A DNA stretch of 64,000 nt from Candidatus Falkowbacteria bacterium RIFOXYA2_FULL_47_19 (lineage in GTDB: Bacteria; Patescibacteriota; Patescibacteriia; Patescibacteriales; UBA12075): contig MFGB01000016.1 in assembly GCA_001780275.1 (NCBI GenBank), positions 92,161 to 156,160 on the forward strand. The letters are read 5' to 3'. The position numbers were made by a program, and so were the translations under genes. The stretch's first letter is position 1, and each line of letters opens with the position of its first letter. The notes below the pieces were generated by a model. The model was given only the letters and a program-made list of their open reading frames with translations, did not search any database and was not told the DNA's origin. Of the stretch, positions 18,177 through 28,675 are shown one piece after another.

Positions 18177-19259
18177 ATGGATAATTTAGAAAAAAAATTA
18201 AACAATCTCCCTAAGGTGCGCTTAAGACGGCGGGCTGATCTTAAGATAAGATTCCGGCTTTACGCGGCTATTCTTAAAAAAAGATTGGCTCCGGAAAAAA
18301 TGCGTTTTAGCTGGAATTTCCGGGCTTTGGCCGGGTCGGTTTTGTTATTAATATTAATAGTTGTTCCGGGATACGCTTACGCGGGCACGAATGTCGTACC
18401 CGGCGACTTTCTTTATCCGTTAAAAATGAAACTGGAGGAAATCGAGCTTAGTCTGGCCCGAAAAAAGAATAAGGCCGAGATCTACGCTGAGTTGTCGGCT
18501 AAAAGACTGGCTGAAGCGAAAGTCCTCGCGACGACCATAGATAAACCAAAAACGGAAGAAAAAATAAAAATAAACCTGGACAAGGCGCTTTTATTGCGCG
18601 AGCGCGCCATTAGCGGATTTTCGAATTCCGGGTCAACTACCCTCAGAATAAAAGCTCTCAATAGCCAGGAAGAAGCTATGCTAACCGACATAGCGCAAAG
18701 CGCCGGAGTAGGAGCCGAAGATGACCTGATCGACAGTATCGCTCTGGCCTTGGATAAGGTTAAGGGGAGAGATAAAGATAGGGAGGGAGCGGAAAAGCGC
18801 GGACGCTTGGACAAGAGCAATGAACCGGAAAAAGCCGGAACCGAGGTCGAAGGCCGGGAAACTTTTTTCTTAGAAGAAAAAAAAGATCCAGAAGTTTGCG
18901 AGGATTGTGATCGCGATCGTAAAGCCGATGAAAAGAGCCTGATTTCCGATTTTGCGCCCCTAACGACCGGAACCACCACAAAGCGCGATGATAATATTAC
19001 GGATCTCAGGGATAATATTGACCGCCTGACAAAAGACCTTAAAAAGCCGGAATTCGAGCAACAAGACGTGGAAAATCTGATAAATAAAATAAACAATAAA
19101 GTGAAAAGAGCGGAAGAGATCAGGGGAAGCGACCAGGAAGGCGCAAAAAATCTTCTCCGGTCCGCGGAAGCTCTTACTGATAACGCCGAACATTTTATCC
19201 GTAAAAAAGACAAGAACGATGATCGGCGGAAAGAAGAGAGGCGGGAAAAAGAAAAATAA
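18177..19259 (+). CDS. Putative anti-sigma factor with DUF5667-like domain
   Basis: Follows the ECF sigma; TM segment then VVPGDFLYPLKMKLEEI...KRLAEA. Confidence 0.75.
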   Translation: MDNLEKKLNNLPKVRLRRRADLKIRFRLYAAILKKRLAPEKMRFSWNFRALAGSVLLLILIVVPGYAYAGTNVVPGDFLYPLKMKLEEIELSLARKKNKAEIYAELSAKRLAEAKVLATTIDKPKTEEKIKINLDKALLLRERAISGFSNSGSTTLRIKALNSQEEAMLTDIAQSAGVGAEDDLIDSIALALDKVKGRDKDREGAEKRGRLDKSNEPEKAGTEVEGRETFFLEEKKDPEVCEDCDRDRKADEKSLISDFAPLTTGTTTKRDDNITDLRDNIDRLTKDLKKPEFEQQDVENLINKINNKVKRAEEIRGSDQEGAKNLLRSAEALTDNAEHFIRKKDKNDDRRKEERREKEK

Positions 19260-19275
19260 TTTTTTATATATTAAG

Positions 19276-19351
19276 TTGACAAAAAATACCGGCAGGATTA
19301 TCATGGACCTGTCCCTAACCGGTGTTTTTTTATTTTGTGTTCATTCAAAAT
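19276..19351 (+). promoter_or_regulatory. Sigma70 promoter plus boxA-like motif
   Basis: TTGACA-N17-TATCAT at 19276-19304; GTTCATTCAAAAT at 19339-19351; SD AAGGAGG. Confidence 0.55.
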
Positions 19352-19375
19352 CGCCTCTTAAAGGAGGGGGCGTGC

Positions 19376-19933
19376 ATGCAAACGTCGATCGTGAAAGATA
19401 TCATGGTTCCTCTTGCCGAGTACGCCGTTATAGGCGAAGACGCGTCTCTTTATGAAGCTATCATCGAATTAAAGCGGGCCCAGGAAAATTTTTCGCGGAA
19501 AAACAGCCTTCATGCCCATCGGGCGATCCTGGTTCGAAATAAAAGCGGCCGCATAATCGGCAAAATAAGCCAGATGGACGCCCTGAAAGCGCTTGAGCCG
19601 AAAGCCCGGAATTTAATAAGCAAAACCGCCCGGCGCATCGGTTTCAGCAAGAACTATCTGGTAAGCACCCACGAACAGTTCCGATTGTGGGATATCCAGA
19701 TTGAGCACATATCCAATCAGGCCAGACACATCCTTGCCAAAGACGCCATGTACGCGTTAACCTCGGGGGAATACATCGATTCCGAAGCCACCTTGGCCGC
19801 GGCCACTCACCAGCTGGCGAGAGGCAATCATCACTCCCTCCTCGTTACGGATAAAAAGAAAAACGTAGTCGGCATCCTCCGTCAGGTTGACGTTTTTACG
19901 GTTGTATTCAGTAATATCGGTCCGATCCAATAA
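19376..19933 (+). CDS. CBS-domain protein
   Basis: VKDIMVPLAEYAVI.EDASLYEA, HRAILV, SLLVTD...VVGILRQ.DVF. ATG 19376 follows an SD. Confidence 0.85.
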   Translation: MQTSIVKDIMVPLAEYAVIGEDASLYEAIIELKRAQENFSRKNSLHAHRAILVRNKSGRIIGKISQMDALKALEPKARNLISKTARRIGFSKNYLVSTHEQFRLWDIQIEHISNQARHILAKDAMYALTSGEYIDSEATLAAATHQLARGNHHSLLVTDKKKNVVGILRQVDVFTVVFSNIGPIQ

Positions 19934-19936
19934 TAA

Positions 19937-19969
19937 AAAATCCCCCCGATTGATCCGATCGGGGGTTTT
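19937..19969. terminator. Bidirectional terminator
   Basis: AAAATCCCCCCGAT...ATCGGGGGTTTT. Confidence 0.8.
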
Positions 19970-20058
19970 AAATAGGTTGTATAAATCCAGTCTCAGAATA
20001 TCGTTTAATAAAAAACGTACGCCTTGGGAAGCTTACGTTTTTGTAGACTTATTTAAAG

Positions 20059-20232
20059 TTATTTTACCTTCGCCATGGTTTTCAGGCATTTAGTGCAAAC
20101 CTTTTTTCTGATTCCGTCGACTTTTTTGCTTTGGAGGTTGATATGCTGGCGCTTGATAGTTTTAATATTGGAATGGGAACGGGCGGCATCCTTCATAGAG
20201 GAGCGTCCGCAGATATCGCATTGTTTTGGCAT
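20059..20232 (-). CDS. rpmB: 50S ribosomal protein bL28, Zn-binding type (not in ORF track)
   Basis: Translated by hand: MPKQCDICGRSSMKDAARSHSNIKTIKRQHINLQSKKVDGIRKKVCTKCLKTMAKVK*. Confidence 0.95.
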   Translation of the reverse strand: MPKQCDICGRSSMKDAARSHSNIKTIKRQHINLQSKKVDGIRKKVCTKCLKTMAKVK

Positions 20233-20439
20233 ATTCGAAAAAACAGACGACAGTTAACAGACGATAATTCGTTGCTACGTGTATCTGTGTAATTTTATTT
20301 ATGTTAGAATGTTATCATGTTTTGCCGAAAAAAGCAAGATATGATATATTTAATTAAGCATTAAGGAAAAAATATTAAGATTATCTTGAATATTTTCTTT
20401 GAGTATAAAGCATAAGGTTATTATCATTATTTCAATTAA

Positions 20440-21057
20440 ATGTCTATAGATTTAGCGATTTTCCAGATAATCATATTGGTATTTTCCGCCATAATACACG
20501 AATACATGCATGGCTGGATGGCGGACCGGTTAGGCGATCCGACGGCGCGGGATGCCGGCCGTCTGACCATGAACCCGATAGCTCATATCGATCCTTTTGG
20601 GTCGATTCTTCTGCCGCTGCTTATGATCACCATGAATACCGGTTTCGTATTCGGCTGGGCCAAACCAGTGCCGTTCAATCCTTATAACCTGCGCGACGCC
20701 AAATACGGCCCGGCTAAAGTGGCTATCGCCGGCCCTCTGGGCAATTTGATAACCGCCCTGTTTTTCGGACTTATCTTAAGGTTTTCCCCCCTGCCTAACC
20801 CTACCCTAGGGGCTTTATTGGCTCTGATCGTCTGGATCAACCTGTTGCTTATGGTTTTTAATTTGGTGCCGATACCGCCCATGGACGGTTCGAAGGTAAT
20901 TGCCCCCTTTTTGCCCGTAAGCTGGCAGAACCGTTTCGCGGAAGCGGAGCGTTACGGTATGTTTTTAGTGCTTTTATTCGTAATTTTCGGTTTTTTCCTT
21001 ATAGTTCCGATAATCGATCTTTTATTCAAATTAATAGCGGGTTTCCCGCTGTATTAA
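20440..21057 (+). CDS. Site-2 protease (peptidase M50)
   Basis: HEYMHG, LGDPTAR..GRLTMNP, FGWAKPVP, NLVPIPPMDG. Confidence 0.93.
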   Translation: MSIDLAIFQIIILVFSAIIHEYMHGWMADRLGDPTARDAGRLTMNPIAHIDPFGSILLPLLMITMNTGFVFGWAKPVPFNPYNLRDAKYGPAKVAIAGPLGNLITALFFGLILRFSPLPNPTLGALLALIVWINLLLMVFNLVPIPPMDGSKVIAPFLPVSWQNRFAEAERYGMFLVLLFVIFGFFLIVPIIDLLFKLIAGFPLY

Positions 21058-21320
21058 TTTGCGTTTTCGGACAATATGTACAGTAATTAAAACTAAGTTA
21101 ACGATTATTTCGGTTTATTAAAAATTTATTTTATATTAGATAAAAAATAATTTATTTTTGGCCTGGATTTTCTTCTCTTGACTAATTTTTATTAATTTGA
21201 TACATTAGAATAAATCTCATAGACAAAAGAATCCCTGTTTATAGGGGTTGTTTTATTAACAGTTGTCGCCCCGCGGGCGAGCTCCACCACAAAACGGGGT
21301 AAACGCGAATAATAATAAAT

Positions 21321-21740
21321 ATGCCAACAGTAAACCAATTAGTTAAAAAGGGAAGAGTAAAAGTAATCAAGAAGAGCAAATATCCGGCCATGCAAACTAC
21401 GCTGGACACTTTACATAGGAAAAGGACCGAGCTTCGCAAAGGCGCCCCCTTTAAACGCGGCGTTTGCCTTAAGGTAACCACTACCACTCCGAAAAAGCCG
21501 AACTCGGCTTTACGGAAGATCGCTCGCGTCCGCCTTTCGAACGGCATGGAAGTAACCGCCTATATTCCCGGCATCGGTCATAATCTCCAGGAGCATTCGA
21601 TCGTTCTTGTAAAAGCCGGCCGTACAGCCGATCTTCCGGGCGTGCGTTATAAGATCATACGCGGGGTTTACGATACTACCGGCGTTGAAAACCGCAAACA
21701 ATCCCGGAGCATTTACGGCGCCAAAAGAGCTAAAAAATAA
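21321..21740 (+). CDS. rpsL: 30S ribosomal protein uS12
   Basis: [33 protein letters not shown]. Confidence 0.99.
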   Translation: MPTVNQLVKKGRVKVIKKSKYPAMQTTLDTLHRKRTELRKGAPFKRGVCLKVTTTTPKKPNSALRKIARVRLSNGMEVTAYIPGIGHNLQEHSIVLVKAGRTADLPGVRYKIIRGVYDTTGVENRKQSRSIYGAKRAKK

Positions 21741-21765
21741 TTATATAAATTCGATATAAACCAAT

Positions 21766-22233
21766 ATGAGAGGAAAACCAGCCATTAAGAGAAAAATCGA
21801 GGGGGATAGCCGGTATAACGATACCGATATTTCCAAGTTCATAAATTATATCATGCAAAGAGGCAAGAAAACCGTAGCCCAGAATATCGTTTACGGTGCT
21901 TTTGAAGTAATTAAAGAAAAAACCAAGCAGGATCCCAGACATATATTCAATAAAGCCTTAAAGAAGATTTCTCCGACCCTGGAGGTCCGCGGTCGGCGTA
22001 TCGGCGGCGCCAACTACCAGATTCCTTACCAGGTGCGGGGGGACCGGCGGTTTACTTTAGGCTGCCGCTGGCTTATTGGCGCGGCTAAAGAGAGAAAAGG
22101 GAAGCCGATGTACGTTAAACTGGCCGACGAAATATTAGCCGCCTCCGAAGGAGAGGGTGCCGCTATCAAAAAGAAAGAAACCGTCCACAAGATGGCCGAA
22201 TCGAATCGCGCTTTCGCGCATTTCGCCCGTTAA
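21766..22233 (+). CDS. rpsG: 30S ribosomal protein uS7
   Basis: RRIGGANYQIP, HKMAESNRAFAHF. Confidence 0.99.
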   Translation: MRGKPAIKRKIEGDSRYNDTDISKFINYIMQRGKKTVAQNIVYGAFEVIKEKTKQDPRHIFNKALKKISPTLEVRGRRIGGANYQIPYQVRGDRRFTLGCRWLIGAAKERKGKPMYVKLADEILAASEGEGAAIKKKETVHKMAESNRAFAHFAR

Positions 22234-22405
22234 TTCATTTTCTTTATATAGGTTGTTTGATATAAATATAAAAACGGCGCGCTGCCCCGATCTATGGCAG
22301 CTCGTTTTTTTGGAACTGGCAAGACAAGCGAAAAACGTTCATAAAATAATAGCTTTAAAAATAAATAGCATATTTGAAAGTTTTTAAAGTTCTTAAATTT
22401 AAAAT

Positions 22406-24496
22406 ATGGCACGAGAATATAGTTTAGAAAAAACCAGGAATATCGGCATCATGGCGCATATTGATGCCGGCAAGACCACCTTTACGGAGCGGGTGCTTTT
22501 TTATACCGGCAAGAAGCATAAGATCGGAGAGGTGCACGAAGGGGCCGCCGAAATGGACTGGATGGAACAGGAAAAAGAGCGCGGCATTACCATTACTTCA
22601 GCCGCCACCACCGCTTTTTGGAAGAATCATCGCATCAATATAATAGATACCCCCGGCCACGTTGATTTTACGGTGGAAGTGGAGCGGTCGCTTCGGGTCC
22701 TGGACGGCGCTATTGCCGTTTTCGACGGTTCCGCCGGAGTCGAACCCCAGTCCGAAACGGTCTGGCGGCAGGCCGATAAGTACCATGTGCCCAGGCTTTG
22801 TTTCGTGAATAAAATGGATAAATTAGGGGCCGATTTTTTCATGAGCCTGAACTCTATCCGGGAAAGGCTAAACTCTAAGGCTCTCGCTTTTCAATTGCCG
22901 ATCGGCGCCGAAAATACGATGAAAGGCGTGGTCGATCTTTTGACCCGGAAAGCCTATGAGTTCAAGGGTAATTTCGGAGAGCAGGTCGCTGAGGTGCCGG
23001 TTCCGGACGACATGAAAGATAATATGGAAAAATACCGCAATGAACTAGTCGAACGGGTGGCCGAATGCGACGATAAATTGACGGAAAAATATTTAAGCGG
23101 AGAAGAATTGAGCGTGGAAGAATTAAAGGCGGCGGCCCGCAAGGGAGTGGTTACCGCTGAATTATTCCCGGTATTCGCCGGTACAGCTCTCCAGAATATC
23201 GGCGTGCAGCTGGCTTTGGACGCGGTCATCGATTACTTGCCTTCGCCGATCGACGTGCCGCCGATAATCGGGCATGACACGAAAGACGAGGAAAAGAAGA
23301 TAGAGATAACCGCCAACGACGGCGCTCCTTTTGCCGGCCTGGCGTTCAAGATCGCGACGGATCCTTTCGTGGGAAAATTATGCTTTGTCCGGGTTTATCA
23401 GGGGGTGCTTTCCGCCGGTTCTTACGTATTAAATTCCTCGACCGGCAAAAAAGAACGCATCGGCCGTTTGGTCAGGATGCACGCCAATCATCGGGAAGAG
23501 ATCAAAGAGGTTTACGCCGGGGATATCGCGGCCGTCATCGGGCTTAAGGGTACGACCACCGGACATACTTTATGCGACGAGGACCGCCAGGTTCTTTTGG
23601 AATCCATTAAGTTCCCGGAACCGGTCATTAAGATCGCCGTGGAACCCAAAACCAAGGTTGATCAGGAAAAAATGGGCGTCGCTCTCCAGAAGCTGGCCGA
23701 AGAGGATCCGACTTTCCGGGTTGAAACCGACGAAGAAACCAACCAGACCCTTATTTCGGGTATGGGTGAATTACACCTGGACATTATCGTGGATCGCATG
23801 AAACGGGAATTTAAGGTTGAAGCCAATATCGGCAAGCCGCAGGTGTCTTACCGCGAGACCATCAGGCAGATGGCGGAAACCGAAAGTAAATATATCAAGC
23901 AATCCGGCGGCCGCGGTCAATACGGCCATTGCTGGCTCAGGGTAGAACCGAATACGGAAGAAAAGAAGAACGAGTTCGTGGACGCCATCAAAGGCGGAGT
24001 TATTCCAAGAGAGTTCATTCCGGCCATCCAGAAAGGCGTTGTTGAAGCGGCTGATCAGGGCGTAATGGCCGGCTATCCGATGGTGAACATAAAAACGACC
24101 GTTTTTGACGGTTCTTATCACGAAGTTGATTCGTCCGAAGCGTCTTTCAAGATGGCGGCTATATTGGGTTTTAAGGAAGCTTGCCGCAAGGCCAGTCCGA
24201 CCCTTCTGGAACCGGTCATGAAAGTAGAGGTGGTCACGCCGGAGGAATATATGGGCAACGTTATCGGCGACCTGAATTCGAAACGGGGTCAGATCGGACA
24301 GATGACCAACCGTATTAATGTTAAGGTAATTGACGCGATGGTGCCTTTAGCGGAGATGTTCGGCTATGCTACCGCTTTAAGATCGATGAGCCAGGGACGG
24401 GCCCAGTATACCATGGAGTTCGACCATTACGCGGAAGTGCCGAAAAACGTGGCGGAAACGATCATCGGCGAAAGAGGCGGAAGCCGGAGAGGATAG
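22406..24496 (+). CDS. fusA: Elongation factor G
   Basis: [34 protein letters not shown]. Confidence 0.99.
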   Translation: MAREYSLEKTRNIGIMAHIDAGKTTFTERVLFYTGKKHKIGEVHEGAAEMDWMEQEKERGITITSAATTAFWKNHRINIIDTPGHVDFTVEVERSLRVLDGAIAVFDGSAGVEPQSETVWRQADKYHVPRLCFVNKMDKLGADFFMSLNSIRERLNSKALAFQLPIGAENTMKGVVDLLTRKAYEFKGNFGEQVAEVPVPDDMKDNMEKYRNELVERVAECDDKLTEKYLSGEELSVEELKAAARKGVVTAELFPVFAGTALQNIGVQLALDAVIDYLPSPIDVPPIIGHDTKDEEKKIEITANDGAPFAGLAFKIATDPFVGKLCFVRVYQGVLSAGSYVLNSSTGKKERIGRLVRMHANHREEIKEVYAGDIAAVIGLKGTTTGHTLCDEDRQVLLESIKFPEPVIKIAVEPKTKVDQEKMGVALQKLAEEDPTFRVETDEETNQTLISGMGELHLDIIVDRMKREFKVEANIGKPQVSYRETIRQMAETESKYIKQSGGRGQYGHCWLRVEPNTEEKKNEFVDAIKGGVIPREFIPAIQKGVVEAADQGVMAGYPMVNIKTTVFDGSYHEVDSSEASFKMAAILGFKEACRKASPTLLEPVMKVEVVTPEEYMGNVIGDLNSKRGQIGQMTNRINVKVIDAMVPLAEMFGYATALRSMSQGRAQYTMEFDHYAEVPKNVAETIIGERGGSRRG

Positions 24497-24575
24497 GGGT
24501 AGAAACGGGCTTGACATTAAATTTTTAATGTTATAAAATAAAACCAGGCTATTTTAACATCAGAATAGATACTAT

Positions 24576-25082
24576 ATGTCGAATCAATTGCAAAAAGCGA
24601 TAAAATTAGCCAAAAAAACAGGAGATAGGTTAATAATTTTCGATTCCGGCAAGACCGATAACGCCTATGTGGTCATGTCCCTGGACGAGTACGAAAAATT
24701 AATTGTAGGTGGTAGTGAAGTAAGGGGATTGACAGAAGATGAATTACTTGATAAGATAAATCGCGACATCGCTATTTGGAAAAGTGAACAGGATTTTGAC
24801 GATTATAAACCGCGTAACAGCCATGGCCGGGATATAAGGGGGATCGAAGAATATAAAAGGACCTACCAAAAAGACGGATATGCCCCTAAGCCGGATTATT
24901 CGCGCCTGGAAGAGGATCGGAGCCGTAAAATATCATATCCTGAAACCGACAATGAACAGGAAAAATCCGCGGAAGTTTACGGTAAAAAAAGACATTGGAT
25001 GATCCCCCGCGAGCGGAAAGAGGGAGCGGAAGAGATAATCGAAGAAGATCGCCAGTATCTGGAAGATGTCGATAATTTTTAA
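24576..25082 (+). CDS. Hypothetical protein with Phd/YefM-like N-terminus and acidic tail
   Basis: AKKTGDRLIIFD...AYVVMSLDEYEKL; own TTGACA promoter at 24511. Confidence 0.75.
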   Translation: MSNQLQKAIKLAKKTGDRLIIFDSGKTDNAYVVMSLDEYEKLIVGGSEVRGLTEDELLDKINRDIAIWKSEQDFDDYKPRNSHGRDIRGIEEYKRTYQKDGYAPKPDYSRLEEDRSRKISYPETDNEQEKSAEVYGKKRHWMIPRERKEGAEEIIEEDRQYLEDVDNF

Positions 25083-25115
25083 AACATAAATAAATTTTTA
25101 TAAACTTTAATTTAT

Positions 25116-25196
25116 TACGGCTGGGTAGTAACCCCGCAAAATTTGAGGCGCAGGGATCGCGTTTCGATCCTTCTCAAATTTGACGTGGGGGCCGTA
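25116..25196 (+). promoter_or_regulatory. Long nested hairpin in tuf leader
   Basis: TACGGC/GCCGTA, CCCCGC/GTGGGG, AAATTTGAG/CTCAAATTT, GGATCG/CGATCC. Confidence 0.6.
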
Positions 25197-25206
25197 GGCA
25201 AGAAAC

Positions 25207-26397
25207 ATGGCAGCAGAAAAATTCGAAAGATCAAAACCTCATGTCAACATCGGCACCATCGGCCACGTTGACCACGGTAAAACCACCTTAACGGCGGCCA
25301 TTCTCAAGGTAATGGCTTCGAAGGGTTTTAAGGCTTCCACCAAGAACGTCGACCAGATCGATGCCGCTCCGGAAGAAAAAGCCCGCGGTATCACGATTGC
25401 GACCGCTCACGTCGAATATGAATCGGAAAAACGCCATTATGCCCACGTAGATTGTCCCGGACACGCTGATTACGTCAAAAATATGATCACCGGCGCGGCG
25501 CAGATGGATGGAGCTATCTTGGTCGTAGCCGCTACCGACGGCCCGATGCCGCAGACCCGGGAGCATATCCTCCTGGCCCGCCAGGTAGGCGTACCGAATA
25601 TCGTTGTTTTCCTTAATAAGTGCGACATGGTGGAAGACAAGGAATTGATCGATCTCGTAGAGGAAGAGATCCGCGATCTTCTTAAAAAATACGAATTTGA
25701 CGGCGATAACATAAAAATAGTCAGGGGTTCCGCCTTAAAGGCCCTGGAGAATCCGGCAAGCGAAGACGGCGAAGCCGTTTTCAACCTGATCAAAGCGGTT
25801 GATGAAACTTTCCCGGAACCGATTCGCGACATAGAACATCCGTACCTTATGCCGATCGAAGACGTGTTTTCGATCGAAGGGCGCGGCACGGTCGTAACCG
25901 GCAGGATCGAACGCGGTATAGTCAAGATCAATGAAGAGGTGGAGATCATCGGTTTGGGAGAAACCAGGAAAACCGTAGTTACCGGCATCGAGATGTTCAA
26001 TAAGCAATTGGACGAAGGCCGGGCCGGAGATAACGCCGGCATTCTTCTCCGCGGCATAAAGAAAAATGAAGTGGAAAGAGGCCAGGTGCTAGCCAAGCCG
26101 GGTAGCGTTACCCCGCACACCGAATTCGAGGCCCAGGTTTATATACTTTCCAAGGAAGAAGGCGGACGCCACAAGCCGTTTTTCAAGGGCTATAAGCCGC
26201 AGTTCTATATCCGCACCACGGACGTTACCGGAGAAGTGGAATTGCCGGAAGGCACTGAGATGGTCATGCCGGGCGATACGATTAATTTCAAGGTAAAGTT
26301 GATCAGTCCGGTGGCTCTTGAAGAAAAACAGAGATTCGCCATTCGCGAAGGCGGCCGGACCGTAGGCGCCGGAGCCGTTGTTAAGATCATTAAGTAA
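25207..26397 (+). CDS. tuf: Elongation factor Tu
   Basis: [34 protein letters not shown]. Confidence 0.99.
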   Translation: MAAEKFERSKPHVNIGTIGHVDHGKTTLTAAILKVMASKGFKASTKNVDQIDAAPEEKARGITIATAHVEYESEKRHYAHVDCPGHADYVKNMITGAAQMDGAILVVAATDGPMPQTREHILLARQVGVPNIVVFLNKCDMVEDKELIDLVEEEIRDLLKKYEFDGDNIKIVRGSALKALENPASEDGEAVFNLIKAVDETFPEPIRDIEHPYLMPIEDVFSIEGRGTVVTGRIERGIVKINEEVEIIGLGETRKTVVTGIEMFNKQLDEGRAGDNAGILLRGIKKNEVERGQVLAKPGSVTPHTEFEAQVYILSKEEGGRHKPFFKGYKPQFYIRTTDVTGEVELPEGTEMVMPGDTINFKVKLISPVALEEKQRFAIREGGRTVGAGAVVKIIK

Positions 26398-26516
26398 AGA
26401 TTAGATACAGGGTCCCTCTTTTTAAGAGGGGGATCCGCACCTAATTTTTAATTATTGGTTATTAGTCAATTAGTTAAACGGACAATAATTGTTAACTTAA
26501 CTAAAACGCACATAAC

Positions 26517-26891
26517 ATGCCAGAAGACAAAGTTAAATCAATAAGCAAAAAGGGAGAATCCGAAGCCGACGGCGGCCATAACGAATCCAAGCAGAAGATC
26601 CGCATCAAAATAAAGGCTTTCGACCACAAGATAATCGATCAGTCGACCAAGACCATTATCGATACCGCCACCAGGAGCGGCGCCCAGGTATTCGGTCCGA
26701 TCCCGCTTCCGACCACGAAGAAGAAATATACGGTAAACCGTTCGACCTTCGTCCATAAGAATGCCCGCGACCAATATGAAATGAGGACGCATAAGCGGCT
26801 TATAGATATAATCGAACCGACCGCCAAGACCATCGAAGATCTGACCAACTTAGGCTTACCGGCCGGAGTGGACGTTGAAATAAAAATGTAA
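26517..26891 (+). CDS. rpsJ: 30S ribosomal protein uS10 (N-terminal extension)
   Basis: [27 protein letters not shown]. Confidence 0.98.
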   Translation: MPEDKVKSISKKGESEADGGHNESKQKIRIKIKAFDHKIIDQSTKTIIDTATRSGAQVFGPIPLPTTKKKYTVNRSTFVHKNARDQYEMRTHKRLIDIIEPTAKTIEDLTNLGLPAGVDVEIKM

Positions 26892-27141
26892 GAGTTATCA
26901 TAATTTGTATTTTTATATATTATAGATAATAGTGATCGTTGCGGTAACTCCCGAACACAAACGACCGGGAAAGTGCCGTAATAAGAATTATTATCGACAG
27001 GAGGAAATAAACCAACATAAGAAACACGAACTTAAATTTCGGTAAAACGATTTTTTGTGCTAAATAAATTTAGCAAGTTCGCTGGTTTTGTTGCAAGACC
27101 AGTTTTTGTTTTAAAAAATAGGGAATTTTCAATATATATTT

Positions 27142-27927
27142 ATGAAATTCATCATAGGCAAAAAAATAGATATGACCCAGATTTGGCAAGGAGAAGAGGC
27201 CAAGGCGGTAACGCGCGTAAAAGCCGGTCCATGTCCGGTGGTTCAGGTAAAGCGTCGTGATAAGGACGGATATGAAGCCGTGCAGCTCGGATTTGGCGAA
27301 AGGAAAGAAAAGAATATTAAAAAGCCGCAAAAGAACCATGCGCGGGGATTGGGCAATTTAAGGAATTTGCGGGAATTTAATTTATCGCGCCCCAAGAAAA
27401 ATGACGGTTTGGAATTAGATCTCAAACGGGGGGATATTATCGGAGTTGACACTTTCGCGGCCGGGGATATCGTCCAGGTTACCGGCACTTCCAAGGGAAA
27501 AGGATTTCAGGGCGTCGTCAAAAGGCACGGTTTTCACGGGCACAATACTACTCACGGCACGAAAGATCAGGTGCGCCACTCCGGTTCGATCAGCGCCGGC
27601 GGCGTACAGCATGTTTTTAAAGGTATGAGGATGAGCGGCCGGATGGGCGGCGACCAGGTAACGGTTAAAAATCTGCGGATCATAGAAGTCGATGCGGCCA
27701 ACGGTATATTATCGATCGAGGGAGCCATTCCCGGAGCGAGGAACGGCTTGGTACTGATACAGGGAAACGGAAAGCTGGAAATAAGAAAAAAGGAAGAAGC
27801 TAAAGAAACAAAAAAAGATAACATTGATAATAATACGGATGAAGCCGTCGCGTCGGTAACGGAGGAAAAAGAGTCTCCGGCTGGCGAAAAAGCGGAAGCG
27901 GACGATAAAAAAGAGGATAAAAAGTAA
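27142..27927 (+). CDS. rplC: 50S ribosomal protein uL3 (charged C-terminal extension)
   Basis: GYEAVQLG, SKGKGFQGVVKR, GRMGG. Confidence 0.98.
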   Translation: MKFIIGKKIDMTQIWQGEEAKAVTRVKAGPCPVVQVKRRDKDGYEAVQLGFGERKEKNIKKPQKNHARGLGNLRNLREFNLSRPKKNDGLELDLKRGDIIGVDTFAAGDIVQVTGTSKGKGFQGVVKRHGFHGHNTTHGTKDQVRHSGSISAGGVQHVFKGMRMSGRMGGDQVTVKNLRIIEVDAANGILSIEGAIPGARNGLVLIQGNGKLEIRKKEEAKETKKDNIDNNTDEAVASVTEEKESPAGEKAEADDKKEDKK

Positions 27928-27932
27928 CCCAT

Positions 27933-28646
27933 ATGTCAATCGAAGTAAAAATATACAACCAAAAAGCGGAAGAAACCGGAAATCTGACCCTTAAGGACAA
28001 GGTATTCGGGGTCAAGCTGAACGAAACTCTGGTGCATCAGGCGGCGGTAACCCAAGCGGCCAATAACCGGCAGGTTTTAGCCCACACCAAAACGAGGGCG
28101 GAAGTAAGAGGCGGCGGCAAAAAACCCTGGAAACAGAAAGGCACGGGCCGCGCGCGGGCGGGGTCTTCGCGTTCTCCGATCTGGATCGGCGGCGGTGTTA
28201 CTTTCGGTCCGAGAAAAGACAGGAATTTCAAGAGGAATATCAATAAGAAAATGAGCCGGAAAGCCGTATTGATGGTTTTGTCGGACAAGGTAAAAAGCGA
28301 TAATCTTATCATACTGGATGAACTGTCCGTTCCGGAATACAAGACCAGGGTCATGGATGATATGTTCAAGAATCTTGAAAATAAAAGAAAGTTATTGGAA
28401 ATCGTAGCGAGCGAAAAGAACCCGGATAAAAAGAAAGAGAAAAATCCGGTTCGAAAATCGGTTAAACGCAGCCTTTTGGTCGTAAACTGCGGGAAAGACG
28501 AAAAAGCAAAATACTCGATTCGGAACATTAAAGGCATAAAAATTATCAATTTGGAAAATATGAATATCCTTGACCTGCTGACCTTCAGAGATCTCATGAT
28601 GACCAGGGAAGGTATTAAAAAATTAGAAGAAAAATATTCATCGTAG
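27933..28646 (+). CDS. rplD: 50S ribosomal protein uL4
   Basis: TKTRAEVRGGGKKPWKQKGTGRARAGS. Confidence 0.98.
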   Translation: MSIEVKIYNQKAEETGNLTLKDKVFGVKLNETLVHQAAVTQAANNRQVLAHTKTRAEVRGGGKKPWKQKGTGRARAGSSRSPIWIGGGVTFGPRKDRNFKRNINKKMSRKAVLMVLSDKVKSDNLIILDELSVPEYKTRVMDDMFKNLENKRKLLEIVASEKNPDKKKEKNPVRKSVKRSLLVVNCGKDEKAKYSIRNIKGIKIINLENMNILDLLTFRDLMMTREGIKKLEEKYSS

Positions 28647-28675
28647 ATTTCAATGTATTTTTAGACTCAATTCAT

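Noticed and set aside
20075-20257. 60-aa plus-strand ORF
   Set aside because: Antisense shadow of rpmB.
22270-22311. Terminator-like hairpin between rpsG and fusA
   Set aside because: A plausible ordinary partial terminator; nothing supports a special regulatory role.
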